Assembly: GCA_964187785.1 (NCBI GenBank)
Contig: OZ076409.1
Span: 90,894,001-90,958,000 of the forward strand
Direction of reading: 5' to 3'
Length of the DNA: 64,000 nt
From: Amphiscolops sp. MND2022
Taxonomy: Eukaryota
A program made the position numbers and the translations under genes. The notes under the pieces are model-generated. The model was not told the DNA's origin, made no database searches, and was given only the letters and a program-made list of their open reading frames with translations. Positions 33,950 through 47,452 of this stretch are shown here, piece by piece (the first letter of the stretch is position 1; every line of letters begins with the position of its first letter).

Positions 33950-34860
33950 AGGCTTCTTGACTTGGAACTGTGATAATTCCCTCAAATTTGATGGTAATAA
34001 ATTCATTTCGGTTAACCAATTGTACGATTTCTTAAGTGAACTTGACAAAAATTTTCGCGATGCAACAGTGCGATTGTAGGTAGGTCGGAAAAGTCCCTTC
34101 GAAGCCCTGCGAGTTCTTATACATTGTTCAGAGATTCATTCGGCTGTAGCAAAGCATCGGGGATTCTCCACGTAGTTCTTTGAAAAGCTCTTTCAACACT
34201 TCAACTATGTAGAGTTCAAAAACAGTGTACAAATTATTGACCTCTAATATATCAGATAGTGTTTCAAAATTTTTCCGGAAAAATATGGCTCTGATAATTC
34301 TTCGCTGTGCATTTTCAATTTTCATCAGATTAGTTTTGGCAGCAGTGCCATATACCAGAAGACCATACGCGATTCTAGATTGATTTATAGAACATCAGAA
34401 AATTTATCGTGTGTAGTGATCGGATTCTACAAACTAGGCCGCAAAATTGACTCAACTTTTTTGTGACGTAATCAATGTGCTCTCTGAATCTCAAGTTTTT
34501 ATCAATATGTACACCTAGAATTTTAACCGAATTTTTGTAAGGGATGATAGTTTTGTCAAGGAGTATGTTGGATGGTTTCCCGGAATCAAAAAACATTGTT
34601 TCACATTTATCTATATTAATGGTTAATTTGTTACATGCAAGCCACTTCGATGTGTGACCTGTATCGACGTTTAGTAAATTGCCAATCCGTTTTTCTGAGG
34701 TTATGAGGGTTGTATCATCTGCAAACATAGCAACCGAACTGTTTTTGCATACATTGGGCGTATCATTAATGTATAACAAAAATGGTCCTAGAGATGATCT
34801 TTGAGGTACACCAGTTTTTATTGGTATCTGCTGGGTGCTAGAGCCATTCACGCTAGCCAT
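33950..34860 (-). pseudogene. 5'-truncated LINE (CR1/L2/Jockey-type) reverse transcriptase fragment
   Basis: GVPQRSSLGP, LYIND, MFADDT, NKLTINIDKC, LGVHIDKNL, then frameshifted AQRRIIRAIF. Confidence 0.85.
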
Positions 34861-35520
34861 TCAAATATTGACATTCGAGCATATTTCACTAACGTCGACA
34901 GATACATTGAGATTGTTACTGCAGATGGTACATTAACACTTCGTACTAGTTTGGATGAAACTATGTTTTGATTGGAGGTTTTTCTGGTAAAAATTGGTGA
35001 TTAGTTTTTCACCTAATTCTTTTACCGTACATTTGAAAATTCAAAGATATTTGTTCAATTCAGTCAAAAATACTAAAATGTTTTCTCGAAACTTTTCAAG
35101 TAATTCAAGATTTACTATATACAAACAAGACGGGAACGTCTCAAGTCGGTGCCGTGCTCTATGCTCGAAAAGTCCAAAAGCCTTCAAGTATGCTCTGGGA
35201 TGGTTTTGAAGGAAATTCGGAAAAATCTGTTTGTGAAAAATATCAAAACGTTCTTTGTGAAATGAAAAAACCGAAAGTTGCACAGCGCCGAAAAACCCCA
35301 AAGCCAGACCCTCTGGTTTCATTCAGTTCTTTTAATCAGTTGAAAATGTAAACGAATCAAAAGGAGCTCTGGATGCCCTGTAGATCTTACGCAAAAACTC
35401 CTCTGTTCCCATAAAAGGCACGCCATTGTAAGATTCATGACAAAAATTACGACTGAAAATTTCTCTTCCGATTGTAGCTAGTTTCACTCGGCTTATTTCA
35501 GATGTGACTGTTGCACAGTC

Positions 35521-36897
35521 ATGGGTCGTAGAAGTCCTTCAAGGTCAAGGCACAGAGACTATCGGAGAAGTAGAAGCAGAAGTCGCAGTCGGAAGAACGG
35601 GCATCGCAGGAAACATAGCAGTCATTATGATAGTGACAGGCGAAGGCATAGACACAAAAAACATAGATCAAGATCACGGTCCTCTTCTGGAGATGACCGA
35701 AGACGTAGAGAAAGGCACAGAAGGAAACCTGTTGCCGTGACATCCAAGAGACGACACAAAGGAAGACGTAATTCGACAAGATCCGCGTCTAGAAGTCCCT
35801 CCAGTGATAGTTTCCATTCCTACAAAAACAACGGCCCTAGATCAGACGCTGACAACCATCTGGTTTACAGAATTGGAGATCTCGTCAATAACAGGTATCA
35901 AATTCTCAGCACAGTCGGGGAGGGTACTTTTGGAAAAGTTGTTCTCTGTTGTGACAAAGAAAAGAAAAACGAAGATGCAGACGCTAAAATAGCTTTGAAG
36001 ATAATCAAGCGAGTTAAAAAGTACTACCGGTCAGCTAAGATAGAGATTGACGTTTTGGAGAAAATCAAAGAAAAAGATCCCGATTTCAAGCATCGATGCG
36101 TTAGACTGATCAACCATTTCGACTACTATGGCTTCATGTGTCTATCATTCGAGTGGCTTGGCTCTAGTGTATTTGATTTCCTGGAAGATAATTTCTTTTA
36201 CCCATATCCCTTAGAACACGTCAAAGCAATATCTTATCAGTTGCTAGATGCACTAGCTTTTTTACATGACCTTGGAATTACCCACACAGATCTAAAGCTG
36301 GAAAACGTGCTGTTTGTCGATTCTGCCTTTGAAACCAAATACAACAGTATGTTTGACCGAGACGAAAAGGTTGTGAAAAAGCCCGAAATTCGTCTCATTG
36401 ATTTTGGGTCTGCCACTTTCCATGGCGATAGCCATTCCACAATAGTGGGTACTAGACATTACAGAGCGCCGGAAGTTATCTTGGAACTTGGTTGGGATGA
36501 AAAATGTGACGTATGGAGTGTCGGAGCGATTATGTTTGAACTCTACACTGGGACTCTGTTATTCCGCACTCACGACAATATGGAACATTTAGCAATGATG
36601 GCGTTTGTTTTGGGTGACTTTCCAGCCAACATGGTTGACAAAACGAGTAAACAAAAATATTTCCATCGTGGCAAATTAGACTGGGACTATGAGAAAGATA
36701 CAACCAGCAATGCTCGTATAAAATCTCTCTGCAGACCCCTGCAAAAATGCATCATAAGGCCTTCGAGCACGGACCACCAGAGTTTATTTGAGCTGATGTG
36801 GAAGTTGCTGGAGTATGACCCTGAAAAACGAATTTCAATGAAACATTGTTTGAATCACGACTTTTTTCAATCTGTCAAATCTACATATTCTACTTAG
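35521..36897 (+). CDS. CLK: CLK/Doa (LAMMER-family) dual-specificity kinase, intronless CDS
   Basis: RS-rich N-terminus; GEGTFGKV, ALKIIK, HTDLKLEN, IDFGSATF, TRHYRAPEVILELGW, EHLAMMAFVLG. Confidence 0.92.
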   Translation: MGRRSPSRSRHRDYRRSRSRSRSRKNGHRRKHSSHYDSDRRRHRHKKHRSRSRSSSGDDRRRRERHRRKPVAVTSKRRHKGRRNSTRSASRSPSSDSFHSYKNNGPRSDADNHLVYRIGDLVNNRYQILSTVGEGTFGKVVLCCDKEKKNEDADAKIALKIIKRVKKYYRSAKIEIDVLEKIKEKDPDFKHRCVRLINHFDYYGFMCLSFEWLGSSVFDFLEDNFFYPYPLEHVKAISYQLLDALAFLHDLGITHTDLKLENVLFVDSAFETKYNSMFDRDEKVVKKPEIRLIDFGSATFHGDSHSTIVGTRHYRAPEVILELGWDEKCDVWSVGAIMFELYTGTLLFRTHDNMEHLAMMAFVLGDFPANMVDKTSKQKYFHRGKLDWDYEKDTTSNARIKSLCRPLQKCIIRPSSTDHQSLFELMWKLLEYDPEKRISMKHCLNHDFFQSVKSTYST

Positions 36898-37781
36898 TGT
36901 CACTGTTTGTTGTTTGTTCAAACCGACTTGACAAAACTGCTTTTAAGTGAACTCCAATGCTTCAATGTTTCCAACTTGCTTTTTACTTTTGCTACATTCC
37001 ATTGGAAAACCAAGCGTTTTTGTTGTTTTGATGAACACCAAATTTGTCTTCTAGAGCATTAAATTAGTTCGTACGTGTACCGAGCTAATCTGTCAACAAA
37101 TTAATGAATCGTTCGTTTGGTGGAACGTGAATGAATAACTCAAGTTTCTTGGAAAGCCAAATAGGTTTGCTTTTTAAATGTTTTGTCAAACAGGTCTCTT
37201 ATCTTCCTTTCTGAGTCTAGTTTTTGCTTTTCTAGTTTGCCTTCAAAATATGTTCAAATAAATAATTTCGTATCGTTAGTTTTTTCATCAACTTAGTTTT
37301 TTGACGTGACTCGGAAATATAGAAAGAGTGACTCTGCAAAATGTCGAACATCGGACTGATGAGTATTACAAAGTCCGGGTAGTTGGTTTCGGAATCTGAA
37401 TGTTTGATTTTCAAACTCCTGAATTACTTTACTGATAAACCGAATACACCTCGAATTTCAAGTATTGTTATAGAATTACCGTCCTTTCAGAAAGCTGCCA
37501 GCAATGGTAGATTCAGATGTGTATTTCCCAGTTAAACTATCTGAGAAGGTTACAGATCTGGTTGGCCACAATTATATGTTTTGCCCAATACGCTATTTTT
37601 CGTTATGACCATTCCACAGCTGAAAAAGGCGACTATAAAACCACCATGTGGTTGAAATAAATTTGAATGTCTCACAGCTTGTTCGAAACTGGCACTACGA
37701 TTTGGTCAAACAGTACTCGAGTTATGGGATTAGATGTTCAGAATTTGTTTTAGAAGACCTCAATCGAAGGTTCCTGAGACA

Positions 37782-39097
37782 GCTTTGGAAATTATTTCTC
37801 AAGAAAAGGGCGATTTTTCGATTTTCGCAAAAAGCTGAATGGTTCAATTTCAGAAATCACCTCTTCGAATGTTGTTTACATGTCTTCGAAGATGTCATCG
37901 CACAGAAAAATATTTGGTTTTATGAAGGAATTTAGTGTGAGTGGAAAGTTGTGTGGAATGGGCAATTCATTTTGAGTGGGACTTCTTTCCTCCCATAGGA
38001 AAGCGGGCTGAAGTTTTTTAGCATGCCAGAAATGCCAAACTGGGGGCTTCATAATTGAAGTGTAAAGAACATTTCTAGTAAATTGCAATATTGTTTCCTT
38101 TCACAAACGAATTGAAGTTTTGAACTTTTAAAAAAGAAAACATTTAAATAGTTCATTTTAAATACGACGTCATGAGCTAGCAATTAAAATGACGAACACA
38201 ACGGGAATGTCGCAAGTCGGCGCCCCGCTTGAGCCTCTAAAAAAGTTCTCAAGCTGCCGACATTCCAATTCTCGTGCGATGGAACGAGCGAGTGGTAATA
38301 ATGCATTCGTACGCTGACGTCATTGAGATGAAGCGAGCCAATGTTCGTAATTGTGCTTTCGTTGCCCCGAGTTATTGAGATGAAGCGAATGAGTGTTAAT
38401 TATTCGTTCGTTGAGAGCTTCGCCTGCATTCAAATGCGAATGTGAAACTTCGTCTACGCTTTGGAAATTATTTCTCAAGAAAAGGACGATTTTTCGATTT
38501 TCACAAAAAGCTTATATTTTCTTTAGTCCGAGAAGAGTTAAAGGCGGTGTAAACTTGGATTACGTACCAAATAACATAAGAGCAAACAACATAAAAACAA
38601 AATTAGTTTCAAATAACATAAAAATGAAATTAGTTTCAAATAACAAAAATAAAACAGCATGCCCGGTTAAATAATTGAACTCACGAAATTTTATTTGTAA
38701 TTTTCATACTTTTTTCAGTGAATCTTTTGAATTGTGAATGATTTTGACCTGTGAATTTTTTTCGTAAACAGTTTTATGAAGGAATTTAGTGTGAGTGGAA
38801 AGTTGTGTGGAATGGGCAATTCATTTTGAGTGGGACTTCTTTCCTCCCATAGGAAAGCGGGCTGAAGTTTTTTAGCATGCCAGAAATGCCAAACTGGGGG
38901 CTTCATAATTGAAGTGTAAAGAACATTTCTAGTAAATTGCAATATTGTTTCCTTTCACAAACGAATTGAAGTTTTGAACTTTTAAAAAAGAAAACATTTA
39001 AATAGTTCATTTTAAATACGACGTCATGAGCTAGCAATTAAAATGACGAACACAACGGGAATGTCGCAAGTCGGCGCCCCGCTTGAGCCTCTAAAAA
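37782..39097. repeat. Mosaic local duplication (A-B-C1-A'-C2-B')
   Basis: 37918-38243 is repeated at 38772-39097; 37782-37836 is repeated at 38458-38512; 38243-38772 (minus A') matches ~40352-40836. Confidence 0.85.
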
Positions 39098-40621
39098 CGC
39101 CAAGTTTTTAAAATATGCTCCGGGCTCTTTAAGCAAAGTCTGATAAATATAAAATGCCAAAAATACCCAAAGACATTCTCGTACTCGGAAAACGCTTTCT
39201 CGAAATGAAACATGAAAAAAGGAAAATTGACGAGAATTTATTCTCTCGAAAAAATCTTACATTGCTGGAACATCTGAAGGAGGGAAACTTATTGCCCTAA
39301 CTAAAAACATGAAAATCGAAAGGATGAAAATTTAAAGTTTTGAGAAGACGCACTGCCAAAAAAAAACAATGAAGTATATGATTGGTAGAAATATTGACAC
39401 AGAATATTTTTGAACTGTTAATTCGAACCTGGAATGTCGGCTCCCTGATCGAGGCTCGAAGACCTTAAAATTTGCTCAATTCAATGTTTCCATTCAATTG
39501 TCGTATCTAAAATTACAAGGTTTTTAAATTTTGCTCAAAAATACTTCATTAGCCTCAGTGTCTAGAAACGTTAGAAATAGGACTGTCCAATGCTAAAAAT
39601 GGTTCTGGTGCCTCTCCAAAACTGTAAGCAAGTAATAACTTGGAATCTTATTGAAAAAGAGAATTTGTTCTTGAAATTCGGAAAATGACAAAAGAGTCCA
39701 TGTCTCTAGCTAGTTGAGATGAAGCGAACGTGCTTTAGTTATTCGTACGTCGAGAGTTTTGCCTGCATCCAAATACGAAACGTCATTCGAATGCGAACAT
39801 AGTAGTTTTATTTTCTTTAGTCTGAGAGGAGTGAAACGTGTTGTAATCTAGTACAGTAAATATTTACACTATAATTATTTAACAGAAGTCTATAGATATT
39901 TCAGATATGTGTATAGTAAACTTCGAAGTTAATAATTATTGTATCCAAAAACACAAATGTTACTGTGCCTCGCAGGGACCTCTTTCCGCAAAACGGAAAA
40001 TTTGATTGGTCAAAGCCCATCATGTTCGATCAAGGTACTATAAATATTTGACCACGGTTGAAAAATAGCGGCGTCCCCCTACGTCTAGTGCTCTAAATGC
40101 CGAAGTGACGCGGAACGACGGGTAGCTAGTCCAGCGACTGGTTTCGACGATGGCCAACCTGTATGGGAGCTAAGCTCCCCGGAAGGAGGAAGGTCGAGTC
40201 AACCTGTTTTGTGTTGGAAATAATTTTATTATTTCTGCGATAGCAGGAATATTATTGAAATCCCAAGATGTCTACTTTTTTTAGTACAATTCTTCGCACG
40301 ATACTGAATAATTCAGATATTTATTCGGCAGTGACTATAAGCGTGAGAATTAAAGTTCTCAAGCTGCCGACATTCCAATTCTCGTGCGATGGAACGAGCG
40401 AGTGGTAATAATGCATTCGTACGCTGACGTCATTGAGATGAAGCGAGCCAATGTTCGTAATTGTGCTTTCGTTGCCCCGAGTTATTGAGATGAAGCGAAT
40501 GAGTCTTAATTATTCGTTCGTTGAGAGCTTCGCCTGCATTCAAATGCGAATGTGAAACTTCGTCTACGCTTAGTAGTTATATTTTCTTTAGTCCGAGAAG
40601 AGTTAAAGGCGGTGTAAACTT

Positions 40622-40929
40622 GGATTACGTACCAAATAACATAAGAGCAAACAACATAAAAACAAAATTAGTTTCAAATAACATAAAAATGAAATTAGTT
40701 TCAAATAACAAAAATAAAACAGCATGCCCGGTTAAATAATTGAACTCACGAAATTTTATTTGTAATTTTCATACTTTTTTCAGTGAATCTTTTGAATTGT
40801 GAATGATTTTGACCTGTGAATTTTTTTCGTAAACAATTTTATTTTTGTTTAGTGAAACTCGTTTCATTTTTGTTATTTAAAACTAATTTTGTTTTTGTTT
40901 TTTTCTCTTCTGTTATTTCGGAATTCACC
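40622..40929. mobile_element. GG...CC MITE with perfect 8-bp TSD
   Basis: GTAAACTT at 40614-40621 and 40930-40937. The host repeat copy at ~53030-53050 has a single GTAAACTT (empty site). Imperfect TIRs AAATAACA.AAGAG. Confidence 0.85.
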
Positions 40930-41430
40930 GTAAACTTGTACAGTGATTAATTGTGCGCTAAATTATGGTTAAACAGTAGTGTATTGGTATTCCAGATATG
41001 ATTCTATTATTAATGAAAGATTAAAGCAGAAATAATAATGTGCTCCGGAGGGGCCTATTTTGATGAACGAAACTACTTTCATCTTTTGCTCTTATGCTGT
41101 TTGGTACGTAATCGTTATAAGTATAAGAAGTCAAAATATGAACTAGGAAGCCACAAAATTGTTTGCAAAACTGATCTATCAATTGATGAACGTTTTAGTA
41201 TTTTTAAATTCCGAAAGGCATTTTTTAGTCGACTAAAGAGTCGACTATAGTCATGGCTTTTCGTCAGTGTTTTTAGTCGGCGCTTCATGAAATGAAATGC
41301 TACTAATTTTGTGACTTTTTTTTCAATCCACACGAACTGATCAAAATTATTCTTAGAAGTTCTACGAAAAATAGTGTATGGTGTCAAGTTGAAGCATTTG
41401 CCCAAGGGATCGAACCAAAAAGGTTTTTTT

Positions 41431-44400
41431 TCGCGTACCATACAATACCGGACGAGACTAAAAGATCCCCTTTTCAGTTTTTGTTTCTGCATTTTTTTCA
41501 CCAGAGGGCCCCCTTCATTTTTTTGATTTGCGACAGAATGGATGAAAAATCTCAAAGGGTCCCCCTGGCGCGCCAATTCGGTCGAACTTTTTGGTTTTTC
41601 GGGTACTCTAGAAGAGAATACTTTGACACTTTGAAGTCCTTTTGCTATTTTTTAGCCTTAGATATGGCGCCCACTTGTGCCGTTCCCGGCTTATCAGGGG
41701 TCTACATCATTTATTACAGTATGCTAATCGTTCGCTCAGAGCTTTGCCTGCATTCAAAAAACAATCCAATAGGTCATTTCTGCATATTGTGGTATTTTTC
41801 TTTTAGTAGCTTTTACTCCAAGATTTGAAGTCAAAATTACTAGGTTTGCATTTTTGCAAAATTCGAAATTTTGAAGTGTTTTAGAAGTCTGTTTGGAAAT
41901 AAATGATCTACCTCCGGAAATTTTAATAGGTTGATAAAGCATTATTTTGAAACCTTATGTGGCAAATTGTAGAAATAGAAGTGAACCATTAAAGGGTCGA
42001 TTCTGTAGCCAGTAAAATCGTTTTAGCAGATTTTCTATCAACTGCATACTCGTCCGAAGCATGCTGTGTCTCGAAAAGCGGGATGTTTCATAGCATCCGA
42101 GAAAAAAAGGAGTTTTCAAGAACTTCTCCTGAGATCCCATGTACTGGTCACCACAGCTCACTACAGTTGAAGTTGAAAATAGCTATTGTGGTTATCTCAC
42201 AATTCGAAGATGCGAGATATATTCAGAAATGGTTTCTAACAGAAGCTTTGGTTGCACATGAACGCTGATGAACTGAAAGTTTCACTACTTGTATCAAAGG
42301 ACGTCAGAACAAGCCGGGAACGGCTCAAGTCCCCGTGCTCAAGGCTCAAAAAGCATTGTGAAAATTTTGTCGAAATTCCACAAAATACCCGTTAAACTCG
42401 GAAGCCGCTTTTTTTTCAGACTGGAATCATAAAAAAACCAAAACCTATCAAAATATTTTTTTTCGGAATATCATATTGCCTAAAACCCAAAGGTAGACCC
42501 CTCAAGCTCGAAAAACGCTGTTTTCCAAGCCGAAAACATGTAAAAATTGAAGGAGGTACTATGTGATTCGAAAATGTAAGTAAGTAATAAAATGGAATCT
42601 AACTGAAAAAGAGAATTTGTTCTTGAAATTCCGAAAATGACAAAGAAGAGGCCATGTCTCTTGCTAGTTGAGATGAAGCGAACGTGTTTCAGTTATTCAT
42701 ACGCCGAGAGTTTCCCCTGCTTCCAAATACGTATACGAAACGTCATTCGAATGCGAACATAGTAGTTTTCTTTTCTTTCCGCGTGACATACAATACCGGA
42801 CGGCACTGAAAGGTCCCCCTTTCAGTTTTTGTTTCTGCATTTTTTTCACCAGAGGGCACTCTTCAATTTTTTTAAAATGATTTGCGACAGAATGGATGAA
42901 AATTCTCAAGGGGGCCCCCTGGCGCGCCAATTCGGCCGAACTTTTTGGTTTTTCGGGTACTGTTGAAGAGAATACTTTAACACTTTGAAGTCCTTTTACT
43001 ATTTTTTAGCCTTAGATATGGCGCCCACTTGTGCCGTTCCCGGCTTATCAGGGGTCTACATCATTTATTACAGTATGCTAATCGTTCGCTCAGAGCTTTG
43101 CCTGCATTCAAAAAACAATCCAATAGGTTTTTTCTGCTTATTTTAGTATTTTTCTTTTAGTAGCTTTTACTCCAAGATTTGAAGTCAAAGTTTCTAGGTT
43201 TGCTTTTTTGCAAAATCCGAAATTTTGAAATGTTTTAGAAGTCTGTTTGGAAATAAATGACCTACCTCCGGAAATTTTAATATGTTGATAAAGCATTATT
43301 TTGAAACCTTATGTGGCAAATTGTAGAAATAAAAGTGAACCATTAAAGGGTCGATTCTGTAGCCAGTAAAATTGTTTTAGCAGATTTTCTATCAACTGCA
43401 TACTCGTCCGAAGCATGCTGTGTCTCCAAAAGCGGGATGTTTCATAGCATCCGAGAAAAAGGAATTTTCAAGAACTTCTCGTGAGATCCCATGTACTGGT
43501 CGCCACAGTTCACTACACTTGAAGTTGAAATTAGCTAATGTGGTTATCTCACAATTCGAAGATACGAGATATATTCAGAAATGGCTTCTAACAGAAGCTT
43601 TGGTTGCACATGAACGCTGATGAACTGAAAGTTTCACTACTTGTATCAAAGGACGTCAGAACAAGCCGGGAACGGCTCAAGTTCCCCTGCTCAAGGCTCA
43701 AAAAGCATTGTGAAAATTTTGTCGAAATTCCACAAAATACCCGTGAAACTCGGAAGCCGCTTTTTTTTCAGACTGGAATCATTAAAAAAACCAAAACCTA
43801 TCAAAATATTTTTTTCGGAATATCATATTGCTTAAAACCCAAAGGTAGACCCCTCAAGCTCGAAAAACGCTGTTTTCCAAGCCGAAAACATGTAAAAATT
43901 GAAGGAGGTACTATGTGATTCGAAAATGTAAGTAAGTAATAAAATGGAATCTAACTGAAAAAAAGAATTTGTTCTTGCTATTCCGAAAATGACAAAGAAG
44001 AGGCCATGTCTCTTGCTAGTTGAGATGAAGCGAAGGTGTTTCAGTTATTCATACGCCGAGAGTTTCCCCTGCTTCCAAATACGTATACGAAACGTCATTC
44101 GAATGCGAACATAGTAGTTTTATTTTCTTTCCGCGTAACATACAATACCGGACGGCACTGAAAGGTCCCCCTTTCAGTTTTTGTTTCTGCATTTTTTTCA
44201 CCAGAGGGCACTCTTCAATTTTTTAAAATGATTTGCGACAGAATGGATGAAAATTCTCAAAGGGTCCCCCTGGCGCGCCAATTCGGCCGGACTTTTTGGT
44301 TTTTCGGGTACTGTTGAAGAGAATACTTTAACACTTTGAAGTCCTTTTACTATTTTTTAGCCTTAGATATGGCGCCCACTTGTGCCGTTCCCGGCTTATC

Positions 44401-46696
44401 AGGGGTCTACATCATTTATTACAGTATGCTAATCGTTCGCTCAGAGCTTTGCCTGCATTCAAAAAACAATCCAATAGGTCACTTCTGCTTATTGTAGTAT
44501 TTTTCTTTTAGTAGCTTTTACTCCAAGATTTGAAGTCAAAGTTTCTAGGTTTGCTTTTTTGCAAAATTCGAAATTTTGAAATGTATTAGAAGTCTGTTTG
44601 GAAATAAATGATCTACCTCCGGAAATTTTAATAGGTTGATAAAGCATTATTTTGAAACCTTACGTGGCAATTTGTAGAAATAGAAGTGAACCATTAAAGG
44701 GTCGATTCTGTAGCCAGTAAAATCGTTTTAGCAGATTTTCTATCAACTGCATACTCGTCCCAAGAATGCTGCGTCTCGAAAAGCGGGATGTTTCATAGCA
44801 TCCGAGAAAAGGAGTTTTCAAGAACTTCTCCTGAGATCCCATGTACTGGTCACCACCGCTCACTACAGTTGAAGTTGAAATTAGCTAATGTTGTTATCTC
44901 AAAATTCGAAGATGCGAGATATATTCAGAAATGGTTTCTAACAGAAGCTTTGGCTGCACATGAACGCTGATGAACTGAAAGTTTCACTACTTGTATCAAA
45001 GGACGTCAGAACAAGCCGGGAACGGCTCAAGTCCCCCTGCTCAAGGCTCAAAAAGCATTGTGAAAATTTTGTGGAAATTCCACAAAATACCCGTGAAACT
45101 CGGAAGCCGCTTTTTTCCAGACTGGAATCATAAAAAAAAACTAAAACCTATCAAAATATTTTTTTCCGAATATCATATTGCCTAAAACCCAAAGGTAGAC
45201 CCCTCAAGCTCGAAAAACGCTGTTTTCCAAGCCGAAAACATGTAAAAATTGAAGGAGGTACTATGTGATTCGAAAATGTAAGTAAGTAATAAAATGGAAT
45301 CTAACTGAAAGAGAATTTGTTCTTGAAATTCCGAAAATGACAAAGAAGAGGCCATGTCTCTTGCTAGTTGAGATGAAGCGAACGTGTTTCAGTTATTCAT
45401 ACGCCGAGAGTTTCCCCTGCTTTCAAATACGTATACGAAACGTCATTCCAATGCGAACATAGTAGTTTTATTTTCTTTCCGCGTAACATACAATACCGGA
45501 CGGCACTGAAAAGTCCCCCTTTCAGTTTTTGTTTCTGCATTTTTTTCACCAGAGGGCACTCTTCAATTTTTTAAAATGATTTGCGACAGAATGGATGAAA
45601 ATTCTCAAAGGGTCCCCCTGGCGCGCCAATTCAGCCGAACTTTTTGGTTTTTCGGGTACTGTTGAAGAGAATACTTTAACACTTTGAAGTCCTTTTGCTA
45701 TTTTTTAGCCTTAGATATGGCGCCCACTTGGGCCTTTCCCGGCTTGTTAAATCAGGGGTACATATTTATTACAGTATGCTAATTGTTCGCTCAGAGCTTT
45801 GCCTGCATTCAAAAAAACAATCCAATAGGTCATTTCTGCTTATTGTAGTATTTTTCTTTTAGTAGCTTTCACTCCAAGATTTGAAGTCAAAGTTTCTAGG
45901 TTTGCTTTTTTTGCAAAATTCGAAATTTTGAAATGTTTTAGAAGTCTGTTTGGAAATAAATGATCTACCTGCGGGAATTTTAATATGTTGATAAAGCATT
46001 ATTTTGAAACCTTATGTGGCAAATTGTAGAAATAGAATTGAACCATTAAAGGGTCGATTCTGTAGCCAGTAAAATCGTTTTAGCAGATTTTCTATCAACT
46101 GCATACTCGTCCGAAGCATGCTGTGTCTCGAAAAGCGGGATGTTTCATAGCATCCGAGAAAAAGGAATTTTCAAGAACTTCTCGTGAGATCCCATGTACT
46201 GGTCGCCACAGCTCACTACAGTTGAAGTTGAAATTAGCTATTGTGGTTATCTCACAATTCGAAGATGCGAGATATATTCAGAAATGGTTTCTAACAGAAG
46301 CTTTGGTTGCACATGAACGCTGATGAACTGAAAGTTTCACTACTTGTATCAAAGGACGTCAGAACAAGCCGGGAACGGCTCAAGTACCCCTGCTCAAGGC
46401 TCAAAAAGCATTGTGAAAATTTTGTCGAAATTCCACAAAATACCCGTGAAACTCGGAAGCCGCTTTTTTCCAGACTGGAATCATGAAAAAACCAAAACCT
46501 ATCAAAATATTTTTTTCGGAGTATCATATTGCCTAAAACCCAAAGGTAGACCCCTCAAGCTCGAAAAACGCTGTTTTCCAAGCCGAAAACATGTAAAAAT
46601 TGAAGGAGGTACTATGTGATTCGAAAATGTAAGTAAGTAATAAAATGGAATCTAACTGAAAAAGAGAATTTGTTCTTGAAATTCCGAAAATGACAA
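41431..46696. repeat. Tandem array of a ~1.35-kb composite unit (~3.9 copies)
   Basis: Anchor GATATGGCGCCCACTTG at 41661, 43015, 44366 and 45714; each unit contains HINE ends in both orientations. Confidence 0.92.
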
Positions 46697-46917
46697 TGAA
46701 CCCACGTACATGTATGGAACTCACTCACCACGGAAAGAAACTCGCGATAACCTCTTGGCCAGAGATTCTGTAGTCTGCGTTTTCTACAAAAGCACCGGCT
46801 AAAATGCATCATTATTGAAAAGTTTTTCATCTCACAAAATAATGAACATCGCTGTGTCCGAAGCTTCTTGCTGAATCATTTTTTTTCGCAAAATAAGACC
46901 CGAGAGTTTCTAGTTTG

Positions 46918-47452
46918 TTTTTAGTCGGCGCATTTTAGTAGAAAATGTGCCCGACTCTTACAATGGGTAGTTTTTTTTCAGACGCGTAAAGTCCACTTTT
47001 TTGTTCATTTGTTCAACAACGTCAAACCTCAACAACTTCGAACCTCAACAACTCGAACCTCAAAAGCGCGTCCAAAACGAAAAGAAGAAACAAAACAGTC
47101 TAGAACCCCGAAATCCCCCCATAGCCCCACATTTTTTCGGCACTATGCGACTTTTTTTGAAATTTTTTGGATTGCACCAAAGCCCCCCTTCATTTGTTTC
47201 GACATTTTGCAACACAATGGATGTCAAAAATCCCAAACGGCCCCTCTTTTACATTTTTCGGCACTGTGACACTGTTCAAAAATCTCATTTTAAAAATTTT
47301 TTGGGAAATTTTTTCAAGTCCCCAAAGGGGGGCCCCCTTCAATTTTTTTTCATATTTTGCAGCCAGCTGGAGTTTCACAAAGCCCGAAGGGTCCCCCTTT
47401 TACAATTTTGAGCCTTAGATACAGCGCCGACTTTGGCCGTTCTCTGCTTGTT
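46918..47452 (+). mobile_element. Helentron-like HINE copy
   Basis: TTTTAGTCGGCGC...CCCGACT 5' stem; 3' GCGCCGACT followed by a degenerate hairpin and TTGTT. Confidence 0.65.

Noticed and set aside
40085..40215. GC-rich island with hairpin GGGAGC-TAA-GCTCCC as a possible ncRNA
   Set aside because: Could not be matched by eye to SRP, snRNA or ribozyme motifs; would need an Rfam search.
42265..42290. Hammerhead ribozyme core CTGATGA in the 1.35-kb unit
   Set aside because: No stem II followed by a properly placed GAAA, and no stems I/III found.
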